64,000 bases of DNA from positions 1,648 through 65,647 of the forward strand of contig JAQBRI010000011.1 of the NCBI GenBank assembly GCA_028286585.1, given 5' to 3'. Positions 46,154 to 56,121 of this stretch are shown here, one piece after another. The position numbers and the translations under genes were made by a program. The number at the start of each line of letters is the position of its first letter. Position 1 is the first letter of the stretch. The notes beneath the pieces were generated by a model, which was not told the DNA's origin, did not search any database, and saw only the letters and a list, made by a program, of their open reading frames with translations. Source of the DNA: Candidatus Kaiserbacteria bacterium. Lineage in GTDB: Bacteria > Patescibacteriota > Minisyncoccia > Phycocordibacterales > UBA2100.

Positions 46154-48031
46154 TTAGTGGCTGTTGCGTACCAACTCAAGCGCACCATCAGACCACCATT
46201 GCCCAGCACCTGGTCCACCATTACAGTTTCCGTCGGACTCACCAGGAGTCTTGATCCACAAGAATGCGTCAATCAGTGCGTTTCCTGTCGCCGTAGTAGG
46301 TTTTGCACCTATTGCGCGGCCGCTTGGATTACACCAGTTGTTTCCTGCATCAGGTCCATTTCCATTTCTTGACGTGTCTACTACGAAATGTTTTCCATTT
46401 ATTTTTTGCGACAAACTGTTTCCGTAGGAAATCGAATCACTCGAAGACTGGTAGTTGGAAATGTTAAGAGAAAAACCATCAGCGCGGCCAATGTTAGCCT
46501 TTTGTAATTCACTTGCCATAACACTCGTATCAATCCACCCTGAGTGGCCGGCATCGATATATACAGAGGTTTGTCCGCTCACTTTAAAGGTGTTCACTGC
46601 ATCCGACAAAAGAGAAAGTCGTGTCGCTTGATCAGCTGGCGAAAGACAGCCAATGTTTGCAAGAGCGTCAGGTTCGAGAATCACAACTGCCTTGGTGTTT
46701 CCAATAGCAGCAGCAAATGATCCGATCCATGAGCGATAGCCATCAGGGGAATTAATACCTCCTGCAGAATAGCCACCACAGTCACGACCGGGTATGTTGT
46801 ACGCCACAAATACGGGCACGGTATTACTCTTTTGTGCAGCATCTGTCACCGCATGCACCGCTTTGTATACGTCTGTGTTCCAGTTACCAATCCAGGTAGC
46901 TGTTGCCTGTGAAGCGAGCACATTCATAAGAAGAGCGTCATTTGGACGGCTGTATTTCCAAGCACTCGCTTGTGACGCTGCGCCCGATTGCGGATTTACA
47001 TAAAAATTGAGTCCCGCGAGATTTCCAGTAACTGCGTTGATAACGGTTGGAAGTACTGGCGTTTGTAATGCAGCAACAGCAGCTGAAACGGTACCAACTT
47101 GAATGGTAACTTTTTGCGTTGCAATAATATTTCCCGAAGAATTTTTTGCGGTAAATGTAAGTACGTACTGGCCCGATGTATTCCAATTCCAACTAGAAAG
47201 GTCAACCAATGATTCTTTATAAGTTCCTTCTGATGTACTTGTGGTATTAAGTGGAACGAGCCCGCCCGCGTCGACACTCCAATACATTGTGTACGCGTCC
47301 GTATTCATATTTTGAACAACTGCCTTGAACGGTTGTATTCCTGTGACATGTGCACCGTCAGTTGGCCACCAAACATTGATAGATGCCGGCGCTGCAGGAA
47401 CTATAATTGCTGGCGCAACATTTATAACTGGCGTTGGGGTCGTAATAGTTGGCACTGGCGTCGACGCAACTATTGGAGCTGGTACTGGTGTTGGAGTAGG
47501 TGCAGGAGTCGGCGTCGGAGTTGTAATTACCGGAGTTGGTATTGGTGCTGGAGTAGGCGTAGGAACTGGTGCAGGAGCAACAGACACAGGCACAGAAGCG
47601 GCCGCGTCGTTATACAAACTAATTGAGCGTTGCGCAAAAGTTGTTCCGTTACTTTTTGCTACAAAATTTACCATGTATGGTCCCTTGCCTTTCCAGGTCC
47701 AGTTGGTCAAATCAACACTCGACTCTTTGTGAGGATAGCCGTCGTAGTTTGATGGAAGAAGATTGAGCTGACCGTTGTCGACTTGCCAATACATATCGTA
47801 CTGATCGACCGCCATGTTGTCAGCGACAACCTTAAAAGGCTGTACTCCTGTGACGTGCGCACTGTCTGTCGGCCACCATACACCAACACTTGCATTAGAG
47901 GTGTCAGCGGACACCCCTGTAGATGATATTAAAAATAGTGATGCGACAATGAGCGCACTACTGAGTACTTTGCTTATTTTTGATATTGAGTCCCAAGTAT
48001 ATATGGGAATTTTTTCGCACTGATTTTGCAT
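46154..48031 (-). CDS. Secreted GH6 cellulase (endoglucanase-type) with two N-terminal Trp-rich repeats and Pro/Thr linker
   Basis: YNIPGRDC, ILEPDAL, YIDAGHSGW, DTSRNG, WCNP and WIKTPGESDG motifs. Confidence 0.92.
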   Translation of the reverse strand: MQNQCEKIPIYTWDSISKISKVLSSALIVASLFLISSTGVSADTSNASVGVWWPTDSAHVTGVQPFKVVADNMAVDQYDMYWQVDNGQLNLLPSNYDGYPHKESSVDLTNWTWKGKGPYMVNFVAKSNGTTFAQRSISLYNDAAASVPVSVAPAPVPTPTPAPIPTPVITTPTPTPAPTPTPVPAPIVASTPVPTITTPTPVINVAPAIIVPAAPASINVWWPTDGAHVTGIQPFKAVVQNMNTDAYTMYWSVDAGGLVPLNTTSTSEGTYKESLVDLSSWNWNTSGQYVLTFTAKNSSGNIIATQKVTIQVGTVSAAVAALQTPVLPTVINAVTGNLAGLNFYVNPQSGAASQASAWKYSRPNDALLMNVLASQATATWIGNWNTDVYKAVHAVTDAAQKSNTVPVFVAYNIPGRDCGGYSAGGINSPDGYRSWIGSFAAAIGNTKAVVILEPDALANIGCLSPADQATRLSLLSDAVNTFKVSGQTSVYIDAGHSGWIDTSVMASELQKANIGRADGFSLNISNYQSSSDSISYGNSLSQKINGKHFVVDTSRNGNGPDAGNNWCNPSGRAIGAKPTTATGNALIDAFLWIKTPGESDGNCNGGPGAGQWWSDGALELVRNSH

Positions 48032-48110
48032 GATTATATGCCCCTGTGAAAAAGTATACCCCAAATGTCCTCTTGACCGCTAGTCTTTTTTGTCGTTGTG
48101 TCAGCCTTAT

Positions 48111-49394
48111 TTACAAAGAAAATGATCCACACACCGACTCTGTAGCGGCATCAAGCAGCAAATATTTTTTGAGAGCTGCTTCAACTTCGCGCTTCGTAAG
48201 TTTGAGTATTCGCTGCGGAAATTGATCAAGATACGCGATAGGTTTACCTTGCACAACGATCTCATGAGCTGTGCGAGCAAGACTCATGGAATCAACACAT
48301 GCGACTATGGATTGTGCTACAAACATTGCGCGATGCTTTTTAAACTCCTCGCTGTCGATACCCCTTGTACGTATTTTTTTGATTTGCGAATGAATTGCTG
48401 CACGCCCTTTTTCCAAAAGCTGCGGTGCAAAGGTTGCCCATATTGTTATGTATCCATCTGCAATAGAAAATCCGCTTGGATATGCATATATTCCGTAGGT
48501 TAATCCCTGTTTTTCGCGGATTTCCTTCATAAGGCGCCCGGTAAATCCGCTTCTGTTTCCCAAAATCTGAAGTCCCAAGACAAGTGCAGGATAGTCGGCG
48601 TGATCTGAAGTAATTCCTGTGGTTATACCAAGCATGTAGTCGACACTCGACTTGTCCATAATCGGAGTTTGAATATATTCCTTGTGATGATCGACTGCTT
48701 TTTCATATATTGCCGGCTTTATCGCAGTTGAGGCGAGTTTACTACAATGCTTTTCGATGATTGTCGAGATAGGTACCATCTGCACGTCACCTACAACGGA
48801 TACTATCAATGATTCTCGAGAAATGGCATGTGTATGATATTGAACTAGTGTATCTCGCGTGAGCGTTTGAATTGCCTGCCGTGCTTCATCGGTTGAATCA
48901 CTGCGCAATGGATGGCCGGGAGAATAGAGTGTTCGAGACAAGTGAATTGCCGCCTGTGCTCGTGTGTCTTGACTCTCGAGTGCAAGGTCTGATTCAGTAC
49001 GTCCGCAAAGCGTAACAAATTCTTTCTCTTCAAATGTCGACACGGTGAGACATTCGGCGATGAGTGCAAAGAGTGCATCCAGGTAATCGGTATGTACTCG
49101 TGCTACAAATTGTAGTCGATTTGCTGTCGCACTGAATGAAAGCGATGCTCCTATAGTGTCTAATGCAACTTGGAGTTCCTGCTTGGTGTGTTTTTTTGTA
49201 CCTTCAAGCAACATTGCTGCGTGCAGTTCTGCGAGTGTGTCGCCCATTGATTGCGAAGCGAACGATCGTGCCAGCTGCGATCCACCAGCAATACTTCCAA
49301 CGATTGATACATAGCCCACGAGCGGCATCTTTGAAGTAAGGAGTGTACCTCCCCACTTGTATGACATACGTTTTATGCGGGAAGTGTATTTCAT
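48111..49394 (-). CDS. M16 peptidase, non-catalytic subunit
   Basis: LxEGT and RLMKEIREKQGLTYG present; HxxEH absent. Confidence 0.85.
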   Translation of the reverse strand: MKYTSRIKRMSYKWGGTLLTSKMPLVGYVSIVGSIAGGSQLARSFASQSMGDTLAELHAAMLLEGTKKHTKQELQVALDTIGASLSFSATANRLQFVARVHTDYLDALFALIAECLTVSTFEEKEFVTLCGRTESDLALESQDTRAQAAIHLSRTLYSPGHPLRSDSTDEARQAIQTLTRDTLVQYHTHAISRESLIVSVVGDVQMVPISTIIEKHCSKLASTAIKPAIYEKAVDHHKEYIQTPIMDKSSVDYMLGITTGITSDHADYPALVLGLQILGNRSGFTGRLMKEIREKQGLTYGIYAYPSGFSIADGYITIWATFAPQLLEKGRAAIHSQIKKIRTRGIDSEEFKKHRAMFVAQSIVACVDSMSLARTAHEIVVQGKPIAYLDQFPQRILKLTKREVEAALKKYLLLDAATESVCGSFSL

Positions 49395-50713
49395 AATGTG
49401 TTTACAAGAGTCCCCGAGGTTTCGTTATTAGGTATAAAATATTGTTTTGCAATGCGCTGAATATCGCGTACGGTAAGTGCTTTCACATCATCCTCGCTTC
49501 GATAGACCAGCGTCCAATCCCCTGCTGCAACAGCTTCGGACAATGCAGAGACTTCATTCATAGCCCCGTCGCGGTCATGCGCAAGCTGGCCCAAAATTCG
49601 CGTCTGTGCACGTTTTAATTCTGCACGCGTTACTCCAATCTCGACAACTGCGTTTAACTCGGCACGAATAAGGCCAAGGACTTGTTCGGGCGTGCCCTTT
49701 TCAGTTAGAGATACAATGAGCGAAGTGGAACTTGGATCAATCGTCGGCAAAAGTACAATATGAATATCAGAGGCAAGACCTGTGTCAACAATAGTTTGCT
49801 GCAGCCGAGACGCAAACCCTCCCGCAAGAATAGTGACCAGTGCGGCAACTGCCGGATAATCAGGGTCACTTGCTGCAGGAGTTTTGTGTGCAATTTCGAC
49901 AATCGAAATGCCAACGGGTTTTTTGACGATACAGCTGCGCGGTTCAAGCTGCTCGGGCTCGACAGTATCCATTGTTGGAATCGAATTTGGAGATTGTGGT
50001 ACTGCACCAAAGTATTTGAGCACGAGTGCCTCAACATCGGATTTGCTTACATCACCCACAATGGCCAAGGTCGCATTGTTTGGCCAATAGTAAGTATCAT
50101 AAAAGTCGCGCAAGGTCTTTGCCGTTGAGTTCTCGATGTCTTCTTTGGTTCCAATTGTTGGAATGCGATACGGATGTACGCTAAAGGTGTGTTCTGTAAC
50201 CGCCTCATTTAATATTTCGTACGGGTTGTTTCGTCCGCGTTCATATTCGTTGCGAACAACAACCATTTCTGATGCCAAATCTTTGTCAGTAAAAAGTGCA
50301 CCACGCATGCGGTCTGCCTCGATTGCGAGCGCGTCTTCCAATCGTTCACGCGGAAGCAATTCATAATAGTTGGTTCGATCGAGTGATGTTGTAGCGTTCA
50401 TGTGTGCTCCCAGCCATTCAAGGTAATCGGTAATTGCTTTGTGATTTTTTTTGTTAAAGTTTTTGGAGTCTTTAAACAAAAGGTGTTCAAGAATATGTGT
50501 TGCGCCAGTATGGCCCTTGACCTCATTACGAGATCCAACGTGATACGTAATACATACCGCAACGGTTGGAGAACTTTTTACCTGTCTAAACAAAATTCTA
50601 AGGCCATTACTAAGCTGGTATTCGGAAACACCGTAGATGGTACGGACCTTTTTAAGAGACGGTATGACTGATCGCGCAGGAGTCGTTTTTTTGCCTTTTC
50701 GTTTGGTTGCCAT
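49391..50713 (-). CDS. M16 zinc peptidase, catalytic subunit
   Basis: HILEH, NATT and VVRNE motifs. Confidence 0.92.
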   Translation of the reverse strand: MATKRKGKKTTPARSVIPSLKKVRTIYGVSEYQLSNGLRILFRQVKSSPTVAVCITYHVGSRNEVKGHTGATHILEHLLFKDSKNFNKKNHKAITDYLEWLGAHMNATTSLDRTNYYELLPRERLEDALAIEADRMRGALFTDKDLASEMVVVRNEYERGRNNPYEILNEAVTEHTFSVHPYRIPTIGTKEDIENSTAKTLRDFYDTYYWPNNATLAIVGDVSKSDVEALVLKYFGAVPQSPNSIPTMDTVEPEQLEPRSCIVKKPVGISIVEIAHKTPAASDPDYPAVAALVTILAGGFASRLQQTIVDTGLASDIHIVLLPTIDPSSTSLIVSLTEKGTPEQVLGLIRAELNAVVEIGVTRAELKRAQTRILGQLAHDRDGAMNEVSALSEAVAAGDWTLVYRSEDDVKALTVRDIQRIAKQYFIPNNETSGTLVNTL

Positions 50714-50735
50714 TTCAACACTTTACCACTTTCTC

Positions 50736-51557
50736 TTATAATCCCAAGGTTCCATCGGTAGCCACTCCTTTTTTGACTTCGACATGCTGTTTACTCTTAT
50801 TTTGTTGCGCAAGCAGTGCCTTGCCTGCAAATTCTCGGTACAAACAGTAATCACATGAGATGTCCGCTTTTGGTATCTCTTCGCTATCAAGACATGCCTT
50901 AATATTAAGAAGAGTCGGTTCAATCCAGGATGTGTCTCCGGTGTATGCAATAAGTGTGACGGCAAATTCTAGCTTGCCATCAAACGCCTTACGATCCTTT
51001 GACGCATTTGCATAGACAAAATATCCAGTGTTCGAAACTTTAAAACCCTTATTGCGAAGTAGCCATTGATACACTTCCATTTGCCTTTTGTAGCCGTCGT
51101 GCCAATCTTCGTCGAGTGCGTCAATGACTGCATCCTTACTTGTAGATTTGTAATCGACGACGATCAGTTCTCCTGCAGGATTTACCCATACATCATCAAC
51201 CGCGCCTGAGACGGTAAAACCAGTGGGTACATGATTATGGCGAATGCCTTTAAAATTCTCGCGCCAAATGTCAATTTCGGGATGTTCAAACGGTAAAACA
51301 TCAATACCATATTGTTCCATGATCGGATGCTTTGACTGCGCAACTCGGTGAATATCGAATTCTTTTTTGAGTAGCGCATCGACTGCACTGTTGAGGTTGA
51401 ACGGAAATCCTGGCGGTCGCGCCGTACCAAGTTTATTATCTAGATAAAAACATCGGGCACATTGTTGAAAAAGGTCTATTTTTGAACGTGATAATTTCCA
51501 TTGGGAACCGCCATAATTCCAATCTGTCTTTCTGGATGGTTTGTAGTAATTACTCAT
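50736..51557 (-). CDS. PD-(D/E)XK nuclease (RecB/Cas4-like)
   Basis: GAVDD..VVDYKS and QMEVY motifs; CxxC near both ends. Confidence 0.85.
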   Translation of the reverse strand: MSNYYKPSRKTDWNYGGSQWKLSRSKIDLFQQCARCFYLDNKLGTARPPGFPFNLNSAVDALLKKEFDIHRVAQSKHPIMEQYGIDVLPFEHPEIDIWRENFKGIRHNHVPTGFTVSGAVDDVWVNPAGELIVVDYKSTSKDAVIDALDEDWHDGYKRQMEVYQWLLRNKGFKVSNTGYFVYANASKDRKAFDGKLEFAVTLIAYTGDTSWIEPTLLNIKACLDSEEIPKADISCDYCLYREFAGKALLAQQNKSKQHVEVKKGVATDGTLGL

Positions 51558-51591
51558 TAGAGACTAGTATATCACTAGTCTCTTTTTTGTC

Positions 51592-52524
51592 TTAGAGAAT
51601 GTAATCGCCCAGGTTTCTCTGAATTCGTTCGAGTATTGGTGCACTGCCTGGAGTGAACTTGGTCTCGGTTAATTGTTCATATACATGAATATACCGATGG
51701 GACAATTCGAGAACCAGGTCCTCAGGAGCTTCTGGCAGCACTGTATCACCATATGGATCACAGTTTTCCTTAAACCACAGGCGCAGGAATTCCTTATCAA
51801 AATTTTCGGGTTCTTGTTGCGCTGCAAAACGTTGCTCGTATGAATCGAGCTGCCAGTAACGGGACGAATCTGGCGTATGAATTTCATCAATAAGAGTGAG
51901 CATCCCGTTTTCATTCAGGCCGAATTCATATTTGGTATCAACAAGAATAAGGCCGTGTTGCTTTGCAATTTCTACTCCCCGCTCATATAAAGCCATTGAT
52001 GCATTTTCTATTTGATTCATGAGTCCGGCAGTAATCACACCGCCTTCGATCATTTCGCTTGGGCTCATGGTTACGTCGTGCGCGTCGTCTTTGGTAGAAG
52101 GGGTAAATACTGGCGTTTGAAGTTTTTGATTTTTTTGAAGTCCTTCCGGAAGAATAAAGTTTCCAAAATCACGCTTGCCATCAGAGTAATGAGTCCACAG
52201 TGATGTGCCGGTGACCCCGGTAATATAGCCGCGCACGACTGCCTCGATGGGAATAGGTGTACATTTTTTAGCGACGGTGACGTTCGCATCTGGAATTGCT
52301 AATACATGATTTGAAATAATATCCTGCGTTTTATCAAACCAAAATGCGCTGATTTGATTTAAAATTTGTCCCTTGTATGGCACATGCGCAACGATTCTAT
52401 CAAATGAAGAATGCCTGTCTGTTGTTACTAGAATAATTTGGTGCGGCTGTTGATACACATCACGCACTTTGCCTGTTTTCTTGAGGCCATAAAACTCGAA
52501 GTCGGTTTCTTGTAATATGTCCAT
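51592..52524 (-). CDS. purC: SAICAR synthase
   Basis: GKVRDVY, DRHSSFD, VRGY, TPSTK, LVDTKYEFG, DEIHTPDSSR and DKEFLR motifs. Confidence 0.93.
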   Translation of the reverse strand: MDILQETDFEFYGLKKTGKVRDVYQQPHQIILVTTDRHSSFDRIVAHVPYKGQILNQISAFWFDKTQDIISNHVLAIPDANVTVAKKCTPIPIEAVVRGYITGVTGTSLWTHYSDGKRDFGNFILPEGLQKNQKLQTPVFTPSTKDDAHDVTMSPSEMIEGGVITAGLMNQIENASMALYERGVEIAKQHGLILVDTKYEFGLNENGMLTLIDEIHTPDSSRYWQLDSYEQRFAAQQEPENFDKEFLRLWFKENCDPYGDTVLPEAPEDLVLELSHRYIHVYEQLTETKFTPGSAPILERIQRNLGDYIL

Positions 52525-52535
52525 AGCGTAAGCGA

Positions 52536-53054
52536 CTATGATTCTTCTGTTGAGTGCGGACCAGGAGCTGAGATATCTTTTGTGCGTGTATGTGAAGCAA
52601 GAGTGTGTTTGAAGTGCTCCTCGATGTACCACATTCCGGTAAAGACAATCAATGCGAGAATCGAGGCAAAGGTAGCAATCGCGTATAATCCAAATCCTAC
52701 GGCTATTCCCACTGCAGCAGCAATCCATAAGCCGGCTGCGGTTGTGATGCCGTGCGTGGTGCCTCCGCGTGTAACGATAATTCCACCTCCAATAAAACCG
52801 ACACCAGTCACGATGCCAGCAGCTATGTGCATAGGATCAAAACTTTCTATTCCTACATAGGCGAGATCGACATAATTGGCGACGATAACAAAAAGCGCTG
52901 CACCCATCGAAACTAAACTAAAGGTGCGTGTGCCCGCTGGTTGCCCAGCAAGAGCGGAGCGCTCGGTACCGATAACACCGCCCAACACCATTGCGAGAAT
53001 AAGCTTCATGCACATGATGCTTGTCGTGTCAGTAAATTGAGCTATTCCATGCAT
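52536..53054 (-). CDS. MgtC/SapB family membrane protein
   Basis: IGTER, AGTRTF, GVGFIGGG and GITTAA motifs. Confidence 0.9.
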   Translation of the reverse strand: MHGIAQFTDTTSIMCMKLILAMVLGGVIGTERSALAGQPAGTRTFSLVSMGAALFVIVANYVDLAYVGIESFDPMHIAAGIVTGVGFIGGGIIVTRGGTTHGITTAAGLWIAAAVGIAVGFGLYAIATFASILALIVFTGMWYIEEHFKHTLASHTRTKDISAPGPHSTEES

Positions 53055-53084
53055 ATTGATATGACTATTGTACAGCAACTATTA

Positions 53085-53915
53085 CTATATGCCACAGAGG
53101 CGATTGGCCTCTTCGATGACTTGTGGGATTTTTGACTGTTTGACTCCATTTTCTTGCAGCAAATGAGGAACCTGGATGCTTTTACAAAGGACAATCTTTT
53201 GCTCAAGCAGTCGACGCTTTTCACCCTCGGAAAGCGTTGTAAGGCAGGTTAGTGGATGCACCTTTGCCTCTTCTATCATACTGAGAAGTCCGCGCGTACG
53301 GGGATAGTTCCAGCCGATTAGCTGCAGGTTTGAACATTGCGCATACCGAATCGCATTACGTGTAAAGCGCGTATTGGTTACGAGCCAGCCTTCGTCAACG
53401 CGCATCGATTGCTGTGGCGCAGCCTTGAGGTCGTCGTAACGGGCTTTTACATACAGTGCATCCTTGACGTCGGTTTTGCCGCTTGGATCATTATGAAATT
53501 TTGCTTCGATTCCAACACGTTTGCCCGCCTTTTCTGCAAGGACATCAACTTCGTGCGACACACAGCGACCCATCATCATGACGCCGGTTTGTGTATGCCA
53601 GCCTTCTGCCTTGAGCACTTCGGCCAAAAACCGTTCGAACGGAAACCCCGACGGACCAAGCGCAAAGACCGCACGCTTCATTGAGTAGCGCGCTGCTATC
53701 GGGGTTTCTTCATGCTCCTGCAAAAGCTGAAAGGCATGACGATAGATATCTTCTGTCATTATGTTGGGATGCAGCTCATGCATGATATGAGAGACAATTC
53801 GTGCCCGAGTAGTTGATGATGCACCCGCGTGTGCAAGCGAGTGTTCCAGCTTTACCGCATCAAACGCTTCGCGTTCGCCATCGGCTTTTGTTATCAACAT
53901 TTTTGCCTGCTGCAT
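53085..53915 (-). CDS. ATP-cone + Mrr-like restriction endonuclease domain protein
   Basis: ITKADGEREAFD..KL (ATP cone) and FE...EVDVLA...IEAK (PD-ExK). Confidence 0.8.
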   Translation of the reverse strand: MQQAKMLITKADGEREAFDAVKLEHSLAHAGASSTTRARIVSHIMHELHPNIMTEDIYRHAFQLLQEHEETPIAARYSMKRAVFALGPSGFPFERFLAEVLKAEGWHTQTGVMMMGRCVSHEVDVLAEKAGKRVGIEAKFHNDPSGKTDVKDALYVKARYDDLKAAPQQSMRVDEGWLVTNTRFTRNAIRYAQCSNLQLIGWNYPRTRGLLSMIEEAKVHPLTCLTTLSEGEKRRLLEQKIVLCKSIQVPHLLQENGVKQSKIPQVIEEANRLCGI

Positions 53916-53979
53916 TGATGCAATTGTAACATCATAAAAATACAATCGATGCAAAATTTTAGCGCTATGTGGAGTACAG

Positions 53980-55026
53980 CTACAAAATTATTCCGCCGCC
54001 AAGACAAACTGCACCATCATACACAACTAACGATTGCCCGGGTGCCACAATGTGCGCTGTCTCGCACACTGCGACCCACATATCACCTTCTTGATATATA
54101 TGTGCTTTTACCGGTATCTCACGATATCGCGTTTGAACATCATAGACTCGGGACGAGTCGGGCTCAATCATCCACAAAGGATTGGTAAAGCTGATTTTTG
54201 ATTTTGAAGCATCATCTTTGTGCGAAGACACAATAATGGTGTTATGTATTGTGTCAGTAGAGACAATATATTGCGCGTCTACAATTCCAGGAGTTTCCAC
54301 CTTAAAGCCATGTCGCTGCCCTATTGTGTAGAGCGCTGCGCCCTCGTGTGTTCCTATTGTCTCCCCCACCATATTGAGAACCGCTCCTTCCTCAACAGTA
54401 ATATATCGCTTGAGAAAATCCTTCATTGAGACATCTCCAACGAAACATAGCCCCTGACTATCAGGTTTTGTTGCAACAGGAAGTGCATACTTTCGCGCAA
54501 GAGTGCGCACGGCTGATTTTTCGAGTTCACCGATGGGAAATTGAATATGTTCTAGTTCGCTCTTGTGTATGCGGTGTACAAAATACGACTGATCTTTGGA
54601 GCCATCAATTCCGCGCAACAGCTGAAATCCGTCCTGGTCTTTTTTGAGTCGCGCGTAGTGACCGGTTGCTACAATATCAGCGCCATCCTTGCGTGCCCAT
54701 GCGTAAAATTCGCCAAATTTTATTTTTTCATTGCAGAGCACATCAGGATTTGGAGTTATGCCCTTTGTATATGATGAAACCATTGTGTCGATCACCTGTT
54801 GTTTGTACTCGTCTGACAAGTCTATTTCCTTAAACGGGATGCCGAGATGCGCCGCGACACGCATAGCATCAAGCCTATCTTCGCGCCATGTGCACTCGAT
54901 AAATTCTGGCTGCCAGATTTTGATGAATACGCCCGTCACAGCATACCCAGCCTTTTGCAAAAGTGCCGCGGATACTCCGCTGTCTACGCCGCCCGAGAGG
55001 CCTACATATGCTTTTTGCATTTCCAT
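53980..55026 (-). CDS. mnmA: tRNA 2-thiouridylase
   Basis: SGGVDS, PNPDVLCN, ATGHY, KDQSY and DSQGLCF motifs. Confidence 0.96.
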   Translation of the reverse strand: MEMQKAYVGLSGGVDSGVSAALLQKAGYAVTGVFIKIWQPEFIECTWREDRLDAMRVAAHLGIPFKEIDLSDEYKQQVIDTMVSSYTKGITPNPDVLCNEKIKFGEFYAWARKDGADIVATGHYARLKKDQDGFQLLRGIDGSKDQSYFVHRIHKSELEHIQFPIGELEKSAVRTLARKYALPVATKPDSQGLCFVGDVSMKDFLKRYITVEEGAVLNMVGETIGTHEGAALYTIGQRHGFKVETPGIVDAQYIVSTDTIHNTIIVSSHKDDASKSKISFTNPLWMIEPDSSRVYDVQTRYREIPVKAHIYQEGDMWVAVCETAHIVAPGQSLVVYDGAVCLGGGIIL

Positions 55027-55078
55027 AGCTACACATTCCCCTATTTATTCATTCTATGCAAGTTTGCAGATACTAATA

Positions 55079-56119
55079 CTACTTACGACTGTCGATATAC
55101 AGCGCTTTGTATTGAAGATGTTGCGCGTATGTTTTTGAATAATACGTCACGTTATTTTTGTCGGACAGGTAAAAAAGAAAATCACTTTTTATTGGGTTTG
55201 CTGCCGCAAGAATACTTGCTATCGAAGGATTATTCACGGGACCAATTGGAAGGCCTTTGTGCACATAGGTGTTATAAGGTGACGGGTTTCTTAGGTCGGC
55301 AAGAGTGAGCCGCGAATCATATTTGCCGGTGACATACATAATTGGGATGTCAGATTGTAGCGGCATGCCTTTTGCAATGCGATTCCACAACACTCCCGAA
55401 ACCATTCTGCGGTCATGTTCGGTATCAGCCTCTTTTTCGATAATTGATGCCATGGTCGTTATCTCTTCGATGGTGTGAGTTGAAGATGCGATTTGAGGTT
55501 GAATTTTTTGTATCTGTACGTCAAAGTTTTGCCTCATTGCAGCAATAACGGTAGTTTCGGTTACGTTAGGCAAAAAATAGTACGTGTCCGGAAAAAGAAA
55601 TCCTTCGAGAGGCATTGCCTGCGTGAGAAACGAAGCCTTATTGAATCGCGGCAACTGCGCAGCATAGATTTCTGCCATTTGTCGCACCGTGTACCCTTCG
55701 GGGATTGTAATATGGAGCGGCTCCAATCCATAGGCACCAATCGCAATTGCTCGCGCAACAGTAAGTACGTTCTCTGGTTGCTTAAAAATGTAGTCACCCG
55801 CATGAAGCGTGTTACTTGCACCCAAAAGCTTTTCGATAACTCGAAATGTAAATGCCGAGCGAATGACATGCTGATCCTCAAGGATAATGCCAATATTGGT
55901 TGCAGAAGCTCCTGCTGGAACGGTGATTAATACTTTTGATGGAAACTGATCAGGTGCTACAAACAAAACAAAATAACCCCAGGTTGCGAGACTTCCAACA
56001 AACAACAAAAAAAGAATAGTACGAATATTAATTCGATACTGCCAGGAGGTTTGGAATGAATAATATTCATGATCCAACCACTCAAAAAAGCCCCGTATAT
56101 AATCAGATATTTTTTTCAT
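55079..56119 (-). CDS. mltG: Endolytic transglycosylase
   Basis: TIPEG, LEGFLFPDTY, ASIIEKE and SPYNTY..GLP motifs. Confidence 0.93.
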   Translation of the reverse strand: MKKISDYIRGFFEWLDHEYYSFQTSWQYRINIRTILFLLFVGSLATWGYFVLFVAPDQFPSKVLITVPAGASATNIGIILEDQHVIRSAFTFRVIEKLLGASNTLHAGDYIFKQPENVLTVARAIAIGAYGLEPLHITIPEGYTVRQMAEIYAAQLPRFNKASFLTQAMPLEGFLFPDTYYFLPNVTETTVIAAMRQNFDVQIQKIQPQIASSTHTIEEITTMASIIEKEADTEHDRRMVSGVLWNRIAKGMPLQSDIPIMYVTGKYDSRLTLADLRNPSPYNTYVHKGLPIGPVNNPSIASILAAANPIKSDFLFYLSDKNNVTYYSKTYAQHLQYKALYIDSRK

Positions 56120-56121
56120 AC

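Noticed and set aside
48111-50713. M16 subunit lacking HxxEH as a pseudogene or novel system
   Set aside because: Active-plus-inactive M16B heterodimers are a well-known arrangement.
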